64,000 nt of DNA from Candidatus Latescibacterota bacterium (GTDB taxonomy: Bacteria; Latescibacterota; UBA2968): NCBI GenBank assembly GCA_965204745.1, contig OZ242010.1, forward strand, positions 384,001-448,000. The letters are read 5' to 3'. The notes below the pieces were generated by a model. It saw only the letters and a list, made by a program, of their open reading frames with translations, had not been told where the DNA came from and ran no database searches. Of the stretch, positions 38,904 to 48,616 are shown in pieces (positions within the stretch are counted from its first letter, which is position 1; each line of letters opens with the position of its first letter). Position numbers and translations under genes: made by a program.

Positions 38904-38923
38904 GGGGGGGGGGGGGGGGGGGG
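38904..38923 (-). repeat. C20 homopolymer tract on the coding strand, just upstream of the giant gene RBS
   Basis: 20 consecutive G on the + strand. Confidence 0.9.
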
Positions 38924-39157
38924 TACACTGTACTGATCATCCTAACAGACTGTTTTGCAATGAAATAGAAGCACACGCCAAGACGAGAATGGGCGATATG
39001 AACCCCTCTTTTCGCGGTGGGAACATAGCACCAAATGAGGTTCAAACAGCGGCTGAAAATGGCGGTGATCATTCTGAATCCTCCTTTGCAAAAGCTGTCG
39101 CACAAATTAGGCGCGGCTTTTCCTCCGCGCTCAAAATCGCAATGGTGAATGGGTAAA

Positions 39158-39186
39158 AAATTAAAAATTATGTTATTATTTGTCAA
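39158..39186 (-). promoter_or_regulatory. Putative sigma70 promoter of the giant surface-protein gene
   Basis: TTGACA-17 nt-TAATTT on the minus strand in an AT-rich patch. Confidence 0.6.
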
Positions 39187-39463
39187 GTGGTAAAATGACG
39201 ATGGGAATTGGGACCTACCCCCTGGCCCCCTTCCTGCGAGGAAGGGGGAACTGTGAGCGGTTTTGCGAGGGGAATGGCGTAGAGGTTTTTTGGGGTTCAT
39301 AGCGTGATCTATTCGCTCAAAGCCATCAAAACAGCCAGGGATACAAACCTTCAAGAAAGCCATGCGCTCCCCCTTTCCTCGTAGGCACAGGCGTAGCCTA
39401 CAATGAGCGAAGCGAATAACGGGGGCCGGGGGGATAGGGCTATGGCGGTAGGGCGGTGGGTGG

Positions 39464-39508
39464 TAATCCGCGCAATCCGCGTAATCCGTTTAATCCGCGA
39501 TTCAGACA
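39464..39508. repeat. 9-bp AATCCGCG(T/C) tandem repeat family ending in GATTCAGAC
   Basis: Related copies at ~49808-49850, 63703-63740, 63828-63860 and 63915-63930. Confidence 0.75.
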
Positions 39509-39547
39509 CGGTGGGGTGGGGACGGGGACGCACGGGTGGAGAGGCGG

Positions 39548-39620
39548 CGCGGCGAGGATCGAGGCTTTCTCTGTTTTGCGGCCACGCGCATCGCTCTAAA
39601 ACAAAATGTCAACAGAACCC
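39548..39620 (+). mobile_element. IS5-family right-end remnant
   Basis: Degenerate transposase C-terminus (GFLCFAATRIALK) followed by AAAATGTCAACAGAACC. The same end motif occurs at 47401 and 24681 on the minus strand. Confidence 0.5.
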
Positions 39621-39714
39621 CGTTCATGTCTTTGGATGATGGGTTGCGGCTTGCTTCTTACTCGCTTTCAACTCTTAATTCGCATTGACAACTGACAACT
39701 GACTCAAGAAAAAA

Positions 39715-39743
39715 TTGACAACACGCCTTGAAACGGCTATTTT
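39715..39743 (+). promoter_or_regulatory. Putative sigma70 promoter
   Basis: TTGACA-17 nt-TATTTT, ~50 bp upstream of the beta-propeller gene. Confidence 0.6.
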
Positions 39744-39791
39744 GCATCCGAGTTTCGTCACATCCCACCCACCACGCGAAAGGAGTTCGAG

Positions 39792-41108
39792 ATGAAGAAA
39801 TGGCTTTGGGTTTTGTTGGGGTTCTGTTTGATCCCCCTTTGGGTTCAGGCAAAACATCACAAGGCAGGAGAGGCGCACAACTGGCCGCATTGGCGAGGGC
39901 CAAATGCGAATGGCCTTGTCGAAGGTAGCAACCCTCCGTTGGAATGGAGCGAGAGCGAGAACATCCGTTGGAAAGTCAAATTGCCGGGCCTGCTCGGGCA
40001 CGCCACGCCCATTGTTTGGGGCGATAAAATTTTTGTGCAAACCGCGGTGAAAACCGACAAAACCGTAGATGCACCCCAAACCGGCAACCGACGACCTCCG
40101 ATGCCAAACGTCCTTCAGTTTAAGGTATTGGCACTCAATCGCAAAACGGGAAATACCGTGTGGGAGAAAACAGTACAGGAAGCCGCGCCACACGAGGGCA
40201 TTCACCAAACCGCTTCGTACGCCTCCACATCGGGCATCACAGACGGCGAACACCTCTACGCCTTTTTCGGCTCATGGGGCATCTACTGCTTCGACTTTGA
40301 TGGCAACCTGAAATGGGGCAAGGACCTGGGCGATCAGAAAATTGCAGGCAGTTTTGGCGAAGGCTCAGCACCCGCGCTGCACGGCAACACCCTGATCATC
40401 AAATGGGATCACCAAGGCGATTCGTTCATCGTCGCCATGGACAAACGCACTGGCGAGGAACTCTGGCGCAAGGATCGGCCCGAAAGAACGACTTGGACCA
40501 CGCCCTTCATCGTGGAGCACGATGGCACGACGCAGGTGATCGTCAGCGCGACCCAAAAAACCCGCAGTTACGACCTCAAAACCGGCGACATCTTGTGGGA
40601 ATGCGGGGGCTTGGGGGCAAACGTCATTCCCATGCCGGTCTATGCCAACGGCATCGTTTACGTCACCAGCGGGCATCGCAATCCGGCGATGCAGGCCATC
40701 TCCCTGGACAAAGCCAAAGGCGACATCACGGGCACAGATGCCGTGTTGTGGTCTATCGCTGACAACACGCCCTACGTGTCTTCGCCCCTGTTGTATGGCG
40801 ACAAAATTTACGCGCTGAAAAAGAGCAACGCCATCTTGTCCTGTTTCAACGCCAAAACCGGCGAGGCATTTTACGGCCCCACGCGACTCGCGGGCATGCG
40901 CCGCGTCTATGCGTCATTGGTCGGCGTGAGTGACCGCGTGTACATCTCTGACGTGGATGGCACGACGCTGGTGATCAAAAACGGCCCGGAATTTGAGGTT
41001 TTGGCAACGAACAAACTGGACGAAGGCACGGGCGCGTCCCCGATTATCGTGGGCGACGAGTTGTACGTGCGCGGTAGCGAACATCTCTATTGCATTGCGG
41101 AGAATTAG
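39792..41108 (+). CDS. PQQ-binding-like beta-propeller repeat protein (secreted)
   Basis: Signal peptide, NWPHWRGP, WSESENIRWK, repeated D/NxxTGxxxW blades, ASPII, LYCI end. Confidence 0.88.
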   Translation: MKKWLWVLLGFCLIPLWVQAKHHKAGEAHNWPHWRGPNANGLVEGSNPPLEWSESENIRWKVKLPGLLGHATPIVWGDKIFVQTAVKTDKTVDAPQTGNRRPPMPNVLQFKVLALNRKTGNTVWEKTVQEAAPHEGIHQTASYASTSGITDGEHLYAFFGSWGIYCFDFDGNLKWGKDLGDQKIAGSFGEGSAPALHGNTLIIKWDHQGDSFIVAMDKRTGEELWRKDRPERTTWTTPFIVEHDGTTQVIVSATQKTRSYDLKTGDILWECGGLGANVIPMPVYANGIVYVTSGHRNPAMQAISLDKAKGDITGTDAVLWSIADNTPYVSSPLLYGDKIYALKKSNAILSCFNAKTGEAFYGPTRLAGMRRVYASLVGVSDRVYISDVDGTTLVIKNGPEFEVLATNKLDEGTGASPIIVGDELYVRGSEHLYCIAEN

Positions 41109-41139
41109 TCCGTCCGCCCCGCACAACCCCCTTCGGTAA

Positions 41140-41276
41140 GACGTGAGACGGGAGAGGCGAGAAGGAAGTTTAGCCACGAGCGGGGTACAACTGGCGATAG
41201 CCAGTTCAAAGGCACGAGCGGGGTACAACTAGCGATAGTCCGTTCAAAGGCGAGCAGTGTGTAGGGGCCTCGCCCA
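41140..41276 (+). repeat. Composite intergenic repeat (CACGAGCGGGGTACAACT-GCGATAG-GTTCAAAGG plus REP-like end)
   Basis: Internally duplicated core. Near-identical copy at 52650-52745. Confidence 0.8.
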
Positions 41277-41391
41277 AAGATATGAGAATGAGAAGCGGTC
41301 AGCAATCAGCCCGTCCCTCTAACTCCCTACGAGAAAGATGGGAACATTTCCCCTCCCCGAGACGGGGAGGGGGCCATCGAAAGGTCATATC

Positions 41392-42339
41392 ATGCAACCC
41401 GTCAAACTCCTGTTCATCTTCGCAATCGCCTTGTGCATCGGATGCGCCGCGCCGCAGACGGATAAATTTCTCAGCGTGGGCACCGCGCCGCCCGGGGGGG
41501 CGTTTTTTGTGGTGGGGGGCGCGATAGCGCAGGTGGTCAATGATCACGCGGCGTGGGAGGTCTCTGCCGAAGCCACCAAAGGCACGCAGGAAAATATCCG
41601 CCGCCTCTCGAGTGGGGAACTGGATTTTGCCTTGGCCAATGCCGCCATCTCCTATTTTGCCATGCGCGGAGAAGGCGCGTGGGAGCAGAAACAGGACATC
41701 GACGCGGTCATGACCTTGGCGCCCAATGTAGCTCTGTTCATCGCGCCGCAAAGCGCGGGCGTCAAAACATTGCGCGACCTCAAAGGCAAGCGCGTGGTGG
41801 TGGGGCCGGCCGGCGCGGGATTTGAATACTTTCTCAAACCCATCCTCAACGCGCACGACGTCACGTACGACGACTTTACCCCGCTCTACAACACGCAGGC
41901 CGGTAGCGTTGACATGCTCGCGGATGGCGCCGCGGCCGCGGCATTCTTAGGCGGTGCAGTGCCCACCGCGTCCATCACCCAAGCCTGTGCGTCTCAAGAC
42001 ATCTATTTCATCCCCTACGACGAACAGGCCAAACAACGCCTCTTTGAAACCTATCCCTTCTTCTTTGCCGCCACGATCCCTGCGGACACGTACCGCGGGC
42101 AAACCCGAACTTATGCGGGCATGAACGTCGGCTCCATGCACCTCATCACGCGCAAAAGCCTGAGCGAAGACACGGTGTACGCGTTCACCAAAACCCTGTA
42201 CGAACACCGCGCAGAAGTCGCAAAAAAACACCCGGCCGGCAAAGCCATCAATCCCAAAAACATCATTCGAGACACGGGCACGCCCTTTCATCCGGGTGCA
42301 ATCAAATACTTCAAAGAAATTGGCATCTGGCCGAATTAG
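41392..42339 (+). CDS. TAXI-family TRAP transporter solute-binding lipoprotein
   Basis: Lipobox-like CIGC, GTAPPGGAFF, EATKGTQEN, PFHPGA. Confidence 0.9.
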   Translation: MQPVKLLFIFAIALCIGCAAPQTDKFLSVGTAPPGGAFFVVGGAIAQVVNDHAAWEVSAEATKGTQENIRRLSSGELDFALANAAISYFAMRGEGAWEQKQDIDAVMTLAPNVALFIAPQSAGVKTLRDLKGKRVVVGPAGAGFEYFLKPILNAHDVTYDDFTPLYNTQAGSVDMLADGAAAAAFLGGAVPTASITQACASQDIYFIPYDEQAKQRLFETYPFFFAATIPADTYRGQTRTYAGMNVGSMHLITRKSLSEDTVYAFTKTLYEHRAEVAKKHPAGKAINPKNIIRDTGTPFHPGAIKYFKEIGIWPN

Positions 42340-42938
42340 TGGCAAGGAGAAATGCTATGGAAACCAAGCAGGTCGTTCTTAGCGTGAATAACATTTCTTT
42401 TCGTGTATGGTGTTGTCTCTTGCTGGTATTTGTTTTTTCAAATGCAACTGGGGCCGAGCAACACGCGGTTCAGAAGCAGGCTGAAGAAACCGATAAACGA
42501 ATTTTAGAGCAACTGGCCTTAATCCGCCAAGATATAACCAATATGGACAAACGGCTCGATCAGATGGACAAACGGCTTGACCAAATGGACAGCCGGCTCA
42601 ACCAGATGGACAAACGGCTCGACCAAATGGATAGTCGGCTCAACCAAATGGACAGCCGGATCGACCAAATGGATAGTCGGATCGAGCAATTGGACAAGCA
42701 GTTCTGGGAATTGAAATCGGATATCAGACAGCAACATTCGGACATAAACAATTGGCTTATTGCGGTATGTGGTGGCTTTATCACCCTTTTGCTCGGCATA
42801 CTTGGCTTGGCAGGCATTTTTATCACGCATGCTTTGGGCTATTGGGGGCCGAACAAATTGGCGAATAAAACGGGCATTCGCGGTCATGGGTTTGTCGAAC
42901 AACAACGCCGAGAAGTGGAGACGGCCCAAGAGGTTTGA
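42339..42938 (+). CDS. Membrane-anchored coiled-coil protein with MDxRLDQ heptad repeats
   Basis: N-terminal hydrophobic segment, 7 x 21-bp tandem repeat at 42543-42689, C-terminal TM helix. Confidence 0.75.
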   Translation: MARRNAMETKQVVLSVNNISFRVWCCLLLVFVFSNATGAEQHAVQKQAEETDKRILEQLALIRQDITNMDKRLDQMDKRLDQMDSRLNQMDKRLDQMDSRLNQMDSRIDQMDSRIEQLDKQFWELKSDIRQQHSDINNWLIAVCGGFITLLLGILGLAGIFITHALGYWGPNKLANKTGIRGHGFVEQQRREVETAQEV

Positions 42939-43234
42939 CGCGCAGGAGATGAATAGATGAATCCTAAAATCAGTGGTCGGTCCCCGCGCCCTGTCCATAA
43001 GCCCCGAGCAATCAGCGGTCAGCTAGCCGCAAAACATACGGCTAATTAAAATCTGTGATCAGCCTCCCATCGGTTTCCCTTTCGCGCATTTCGTCGTTGT
43101 CACCTCGTCCAGCCAGCCATTCGCAATTCGTCTGTACCCCATTCCATCGATTCGCCGATTCGGACAGGCACGGGGTCTGTCTCTGCGATGAACTATCGCA
43201 GTTGTACCCCGCTCCGTCGATTCGCCCATTCACC

Positions 43235-45139
43235 ATGACGCGCCTCCACGCCCTCCTCTTTCGCATCCTCGCCATTCTGCTCGGGCTGTTCATTCTGATA
43301 GAAGTCAACCATCCCCAACTCGCGCCGCAAGCGCAACTCGCGGTCTTCGCGTTGCTCGGTCTGAGCCTCGTGTTTCTCAAATATCCCATCCATCCAAAAA
43401 AATCCCTTCCCAGCCTCGATCTCATTTTCGCGCTCGCAGTCGTCTTTTGCTTTGGGTACGTCCTCACGCAGACCGATGCGCGGTTTCAATTTTTCTGGCT
43501 CAACGGGCAATCATTGGGCAATCGCGCGGGCCTCGAACACGCGCTCGACCACATCGTCGGCCTCATCGGCCTGATCCTGGTCCTCGAAGCCACGCGCCGC
43601 GCCATCGGCCTCATCCTGCCCTTGCTCGCGCTCGCCTTCTCGCTCTACGCCATGTTTGGCTATGCCCTGCCCGACTGGCTCTTTCCGCATCGCGGGTACG
43701 ACTGGGAGCGCGTTGTCTCGCAGACCTATTTGCACGTGCAAGGTGTCTTTGGCATCGCCCTCAAGGTCATGTTCACGTACGTCTTTCTCTTCGTGCTCTT
43801 TGGCACAGTGCTCGAACAAACCGGCGCCACGGGCTACATCTTAAACGCGGCCCGCCGCATGTTTCGCAACAGCACGGGGGGGCCTGCCAAAGTCGCGGTC
43901 ATCTCGTCCGGCATGATGGGATCCCTCTCGGGTAGCGCGGTCGCCAACACCGCCACCACCGGCACCTTTACCATCCCGCTGATGCGCGCCATTGGATTTC
44001 GGCCCGCAGTTGCCGGCGGCATCGAAGCCGCAGCGAGTTCGGGCGGCGCGCTCGTTCCTCCGATCATGGGCGCGGGCGCGTACATGATGCTCGAAATCGT
44101 CACCCCCGCGGTCACCTATTTGGAAATCATCAAAGCCGCCCTAGTGCCCGCCATCCTCTATTACACGGCCTTGCTGCTCATCGTCCACTTCCACGCTAAG
44201 CAAGTGCTGACAGGGGGGCAGTCAGAGCGCGCAACCGAACAACCCCCTGCGGAACGCCCGCCCAAAATGCAGGGCATCGTCTTCCTCGTCGCGTTCCTCA
44301 CCCTCATCGCATTCCTCATTTTGGGGTACACGCCCTTTCGCGCGGTCAGCATCGCCTTGCTCTTCGCGCTCATCGCCAGTGCGGTTCACCCCACGACGCG
44401 CGTTGGCCCGCACGCCTTGATCCGCGCATTAGAAGGCGCGGCGCACAGCGGCGTTTCGCTCATCGCAGCGGCGTCTTGCGTGGGCATCATCATCGGCGTG
44501 GTCACGCTCACCGGCGTCGGCGCGAAATTGCCGAGCACCTTATTGCCCTTGGCGGAAAACAACATCATCCTCGCCCTCCTCCTCCTCATGGTCTCCACCA
44601 TCATCTTGGGCATGGGCCTGCCCTCGGCGGTCTGCTATTTGCTGATGGCAACGCTGGTCGGCCCGGTCTTGAGCGACCTCGGCATCGCGCCCTTGGGCGC
44701 GCATTTCTTCATCTTTTACTTCGGGATGATGTCGATGGTCACGCCCCCTATCGCGCTCGCCGCGTACACCGCCGCGGCCATTGCCAACGCGGGCATTATG
44801 CAAACCGGGGTCACGGCCTTCCGCTTTGCCCTAGTGGGCTTTGCCCTGCCCTACGCCTTTGTGCTACATCCCGAACTCTTGTTGCTCTCGGCTGACCTCT
44901 TTGCCACGGTTGGGAACATCCTCATCGTCCTGATCGGCATCGTTCCCTTGGCCGCGGCCGCGGCCGGGCATGGATTCGCGCCTCTGCCCACCCATCAGCG
45001 CGTCCTCTTGCTCGTTGCGGCCCTGCTCCTCTTCCTCGTCCCCTCCGGCAATGCCCGTCTCTATTTGCAAGGCGCCGCGCTTCTCGTCGCCGGAATCGTC
45101 GCGGTTGCAAACTATGGGGCCGCCCGTTCTCACGCCTGA
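43235..45139 (+). CDS. TRAP transporter 4TM/12TM fused permease
   Basis: LEATRR, GGPAKVAV, SGSAVAN, EAAASSGG, PPIMGAGA, GMGLP, VTPP. Confidence 0.92.
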   Translation: MTRLHALLFRILAILLGLFILIEVNHPQLAPQAQLAVFALLGLSLVFLKYPIHPKKSLPSLDLIFALAVVFCFGYVLTQTDARFQFFWLNGQSLGNRAGLEHALDHIVGLIGLILVLEATRRAIGLILPLLALAFSLYAMFGYALPDWLFPHRGYDWERVVSQTYLHVQGVFGIALKVMFTYVFLFVLFGTVLEQTGATGYILNAARRMFRNSTGGPAKVAVISSGMMGSLSGSAVANTATTGTFTIPLMRAIGFRPAVAGGIEAAASSGGALVPPIMGAGAYMMLEIVTPAVTYLEIIKAALVPAILYYTALLLIVHFHAKQVLTGGQSERATEQPPAERPPKMQGIVFLVAFLTLIAFLILGYTPFRAVSIALLFALIASAVHPTTRVGPHALIRALEGAAHSGVSLIAAASCVGIIIGVVTLTGVGAKLPSTLLPLAENNIILALLLLMVSTIILGMGLPSAVCYLLMATLVGPVLSDLGIAPLGAHFFIFYFGMMSMVTPPIALAAYTAAAIANAGIMQTGVTAFRFALVGFALPYAFVLHPELLLLSADLFATVGNILIVLIGIVPLAAAAAGHGFAPLPTHQRVLLLVAALLLFLVPSGNARLYLQGAALLVAGIVAVANYGAARSHA

Positions 45140-45381
45140 ATGGTCAGCGCGTCTGACCCGGCCGACAGCGCGAGCACCGCACGTTCATCCGCGGACAAAT
45201 CGATCTCCGCAGTCGCATCCCCCACCGAAAGCGCGATTCGCCCATCCGATACGGCCAGCGAAAAATCGGGCGCGCGCTCATTCGGCCCTTGCACGGCACA
45301 CACCGCGGCAATGCGACACCGCGCGACCTTCTCGGTCTCGAGGTGCCGTTCATTCAATGCGATGGGATCGAGGTTTGGCAT
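45130..45381 (-). CDS. Hypothetical small protein or gene fragment
   Basis: 83-aa ORF preceded by GAGGTG, protein-like composition, no motif recognised. Confidence 0.35.
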   Translation of the reverse strand: MPNLDPIALNERHLETEKVARCRIAAVCAVQGPNERAPDFSLAVSDGRIALSVGDATAEIDLSADERAVLALSAGSDALTIQA

Positions 45382-45414
45382 GGGATGAACACCTCTTGAT
45401 ACACAACTCCTGCC

Positions 45415-46068
45415 TTACGAGGCGAGTTCTCGAATCTTTTTCCGAAAGTAGCGAAAACTGGGCGATGCGTTGTTATTGACATTCATCTGTGGCGCGATTT
45501 TCTCTGCCCACGCTGATTTTTCTTTGCCTATGGCCTGCCATCCCTGGTTTTTAAGCGCGGTTGATCCCCCGACAAATACCGCGTCAGCCAGCAGTTCCCA
45601 TGTGTTGCAAATCGAGTCGTTTTGGTAATGGTTCAATACACCGTTCTTGGCTTGGGGATACGCTTTCTTAATCGCGGGGATGTCGCCGAGCAACCATGCC
45701 TCGCCTTCTTCTATGGCAATGCAAAATCGGGTTTCTGGCTTGGGGTTGCACGCATTCAAGATGGCGAAGAGTTCGTTGCGAAATGTTTTCAAACACTTGT
45801 CGTCCAAGTCGCAAACCAAAATCACCGCTACCGGGTAACTGGCGGGGTAGTTGGCAAATGTTCTCCCATATCCTCTCAATAACTTGAGGAGTTGATCAAG
45901 CAAAAGACGCTTGCTCGCATCCGTTCTACTTTTGAGATTTTTTGGAATGCGACCAATGCCTCGGTAAGGGATACTCCGAAATGTATGTTGATTGCAGATG
46001 ATCTTCGGCACCAAGATGTCGAGGGCCTTTTTGCCTGACTGATCTTCGACGAGTATCTCAAAGTGCAT
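45415..46068 (-). CDS. DUF4276-like (TOPRIM-like) protein
   Basis: MHFEILVED, CDLD, AIEEGEAWLLGD, NASPSF. Directly downstream of an AAA ATPase. Confidence 0.8.
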   Translation of the reverse strand: MHFEILVEDQSGKKALDILVPKIICNQHTFRSIPYRGIGRIPKNLKSRTDASKRLLLDQLLKLLRGYGRTFANYPASYPVAVILVCDLDDKCLKTFRNELFAILNACNPKPETRFCIAIEEGEAWLLGDIPAIKKAYPQAKNGVLNHYQNDSICNTWELLADAVFVGGSTALKNQGWQAIGKEKSAWAEKIAPQMNVNNNASPSFRYFRKKIRELAS

Positions 46069-46072
46069 CTCA

Positions 46073-47344
46073 TCACCTCGCGTCGAGATAATCACTGTAC
46101 CAGAGACCGCCCAACGGCAACCCTTCCTCAACCATGTTGTTCACAATGGGGTCTTCGCTCGCCCGCCGGACGGTCGAAAAGCCATCCGCGCCCTTTTCCA
46201 AAATCCAGACTTCTTTTGGTTCTAAGGCATCGACGAGGTAAGGCTGGTGTGTGGTCATAAAAATTTGCGAGCCGCCCCGGCGGTTGGCGTGTTCTCGAAA
46301 TTCGTCAGCGAGGATTTCCAAGAGTTTGTGATACAGGCCATTTTCCGGTTCCTCAATGCAGAGAAACGCGGGCGGTGTCGGGTCTTCGAGCAACAAGAGA
46401 TAGGCGAATACCTTGAGCGTCCCGTCTGATACCTGCTGTGCGTAAAAGGGTGCCTGAAAGCCTTTGTCATTGAATCTGAGCAACAGCCGCCCATCGCTGG
46501 TTTTTTCCGTGTCGATTTGGTCTATGCCCGGAATTTTATCGGCGATCTGTTTTAGAATCCCTTGGAAACGCCGGGGATGTTCGCGCTCCATGAATTGCAC
46601 GACATTGCCGATGTTGTCGCCGTGGACATTGAGGCGTTGCTGGGGGCCGGCCAACGGCAGGCTACGCGCCGCGTCCGGGGTGAAGTAGCTGAGATACCAT
46701 CCCTCGATGAAGCGGCGAAAAGCAGCAATGCGCGGGTGTTGTTTCAAGGCGCCAAGCGTGGCAATGCCGAACTTGCGGCGATCTTCCAACTCAATACTCT
46801 CCGTCTCGTTGGGTTCCTCTGCTGTGATTTTTTTCCAGAGAAGGTCAAAGTCTAGGGTTTCTTCATCAATCTGACGCCCTTCTCGTTCTCCCTTCCATAC
46901 CACGCCGCTACCATTATTGAGCATTAAAAACGAAAATGGCTGACCATATTTCTGGCCTTTTCGCCTTTGTCTGAGGCGTTCTCGTAGCACGTAAGGACGT
47001 CCGAATTTATCCGCATCAATGGCGACCTCGTAGGTCATGGGCCTGGCGTTTCCGTGCTCTCTATAATACACCGCAAACTCGATAGGGCCCGTTTGTCCTT
47101 GGGTCCGTATTTTTTCAAAGCCGCCGCGGCCTCGTGTGTCGCAGGCCTCCTCCACGCCGGATTTGAGGGCGTCTGCGAGAAACCCGAACGCATCGAACAG
47201 GGCACTTTTTCCGGTGCCGTTTTTGCCGATGATCGCTGTCATGGGAGTGAGTGATTTGTCTTTGTGTTGGTTCCAAAGACGGCCCAATATCACATCCTCG
47301 AGCGACTTGAAATTTTTGACTTTGAAGCCTTCTATTTTCGCCAT
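46073..47344 (-). CDS. AAA/ABC-type ATPase (AAA_21-like)
   Basis: VKNFKSL, GKNGTGKS, VSDGTLK, IEEPENGL, TTHQP. Start trimmed to MAKIEG. Confidence 0.9.
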   Translation of the reverse strand: MAKIEGFKVKNFKSLEDVILGRLWNQHKDKSLTPMTAIIGKNGTGKSALFDAFGFLADALKSGVEEACDTRGRGGFEKIRTQGQTGPIEFAVYYREHGNARPMTYEVAIDADKFGRPYVLRERLRQRRKGQKYGQPFSFLMLNNGSGVVWKGEREGRQIDEETLDFDLLWKKITAEEPNETESIELEDRRKFGIATLGALKQHPRIAAFRRFIEGWYLSYFTPDAARSLPLAGPQQRLNVHGDNIGNVVQFMEREHPRRFQGILKQIADKIPGIDQIDTEKTSDGRLLLRFNDKGFQAPFYAQQVSDGTLKVFAYLLLLEDPTPPAFLCIEEPENGLYHKLLEILADEFREHANRRGGSQIFMTTHQPYLVDALEPKEVWILEKGADGFSTVRRASEDPIVNNMVEEGLPLGGLWYSDYLDAR

Positions 47345-47400
47345 CTTATGCTTCCTTGCTGGATGGGAGGTAGGATACGGACAACCTAAAATCAAATTGG

Positions 47401-47512
47401 TTAGATTCTGTTGACATTTTGTTTTTGCATAAGCACGCACGACAGTGCTGTCAATGATCAGACATGCCAAGTCTGGATCAGACGTAAAATGCTGGTGCAT
47501 GCGTTCCCCGGA
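47401..47512 (-). mobile_element. Internally deleted IS5-family remnant
   Basis: Translates ERMHQHFTSDPDLACLIIDSTVVRA (IDST first catalytic Asp region of IS5 transposases), joined directly to the end motif AAAATGTCAACAGAATCTAA. Confidence 0.6.
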
Positions 47513-47846
47513 TTTGGGATGCCCGCCCGGGCCATAGCCTGCGGTGGATTGCGATTCGCGGGCGAGCAGGATAAATATATCGGCTATGATATCGGTTATG
47601 CCAGCGTCTGTCAAGTCAAAATGATAGAAGCCATCAAAGGAACTTTTCCCCCTTCCTCGCAGGCACAGGCGTAGCCTACAACGAAGCGTAGCGAGTAACG
47701 GGGGTTAGGGGGGTAGGTTAGAATAAAAAGACAAGTACGTAATGGATTCAACGCTTAATTCGCATTATCGAATGAGATTCATCGCCTGTACTGCCGGATT
47801 AGTGAAGTTGTTCATGATGGTTCCTCGCTTTCAGGTTTAGCCATGT

Positions 47847-48494
47847 TCATCCGCTTCCCTCCGCCAAATTCAACGCCAGCAATTCGCGGAGTGCGGCATC
47901 GTCAGATATGTCGGCGGGCCAACCGTAGGCGGCGGCGACAGCAGTATCGAGCGCGGCGTGGGCGTTGGCGAGCCATTGGGGGCGTTCATTGTAGAGGTTG
48001 GTCAAGGTGCGCGCTTTGAGTTCGTCGGCTACCGCTTCATTGCTTGGAACCGGGCGTTTGGGATAGCCAGCGACCGGTTCATCTACCCACGCCACCCGTT
48101 CGGGCGGGTTGAGCCAGTGATCGCGGAATTCGACGAGCCGCCGTGCGGCCTCGGCAATGGCGATGGCATGCGGATTGTCCGCGTAATCAGCGGCGGGAAT
48201 GTCGGGCGTCAATCCTTCCGGAAATGGGAATGTCGCAAAGGTCGTGGTCGGCGTGTAGCGCGGCGTCACGCCGAGACTCGTTCCAAGCCGCAATGACCAC
48301 ATCTCGTGAAACCTGCTGTGCAAAATGCCGAAGGTCGTGTCGTCGTCGCGGGCAATAGCGATTAGGGCACTATCGGGACAAACGCGGGCGTCGAGCCAGA
48401 CGAACAGCCGATGCTTGGCGACACGAGTCGTGGCGATGTAGCGCGGCAGAACGCTCCTTGAGTTCAGAAGCCCGCCACTTGGCGATAAACGCAT
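47847..48494 (-). pseudogene. C-terminal (target-recognition) fragment of an MmeI-like type IIG/IIL DNA methyltransferase
   Basis: RYIATTRVAKHRLFVWL, FGILHSRFHEMW, PRYTPTTTFATFPFP, RTLTNLYN, AHAALDTAVAAAYGW. No MTase motifs upstream. Confidence 0.8.
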
Positions 48495-48616
48495 CTGGAG
48501 TCATGGTTTGATTCATGGTTATACCAATCTGAAGGCGATTACTTTTTTTTATCGCTGACCGCGGATTGCGAGGACAGGCACGGGGGCCTATCCCTACGAT
48601 GCCTTTCGCAGGTTGC

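Noticed and set aside
38940-39150. Riboswitch (e.g. c-di-GMP) in the leader of the giant gene
   Set aside because: Hairpins are present but I could not match the consensus of any known class. An Rfam cmscan would settle it.
38887-39363. N-terminal 158 aa of the 2360-aa ORF-track protein as the true start
   Set aside because: The stretch above 39072 crosses a REP hairpin and the predicted promoter. The signal peptide begins at 38886.
47345-47614. N-terminal extension of the AAA ATPase in the ORF track (likewise 24671-24928, 49778-49870, 52619-52843, 43055-43234)
   Set aside because: These extensions run through IS remnants or intergenic repeats. Family-typical N-termini start downstream.
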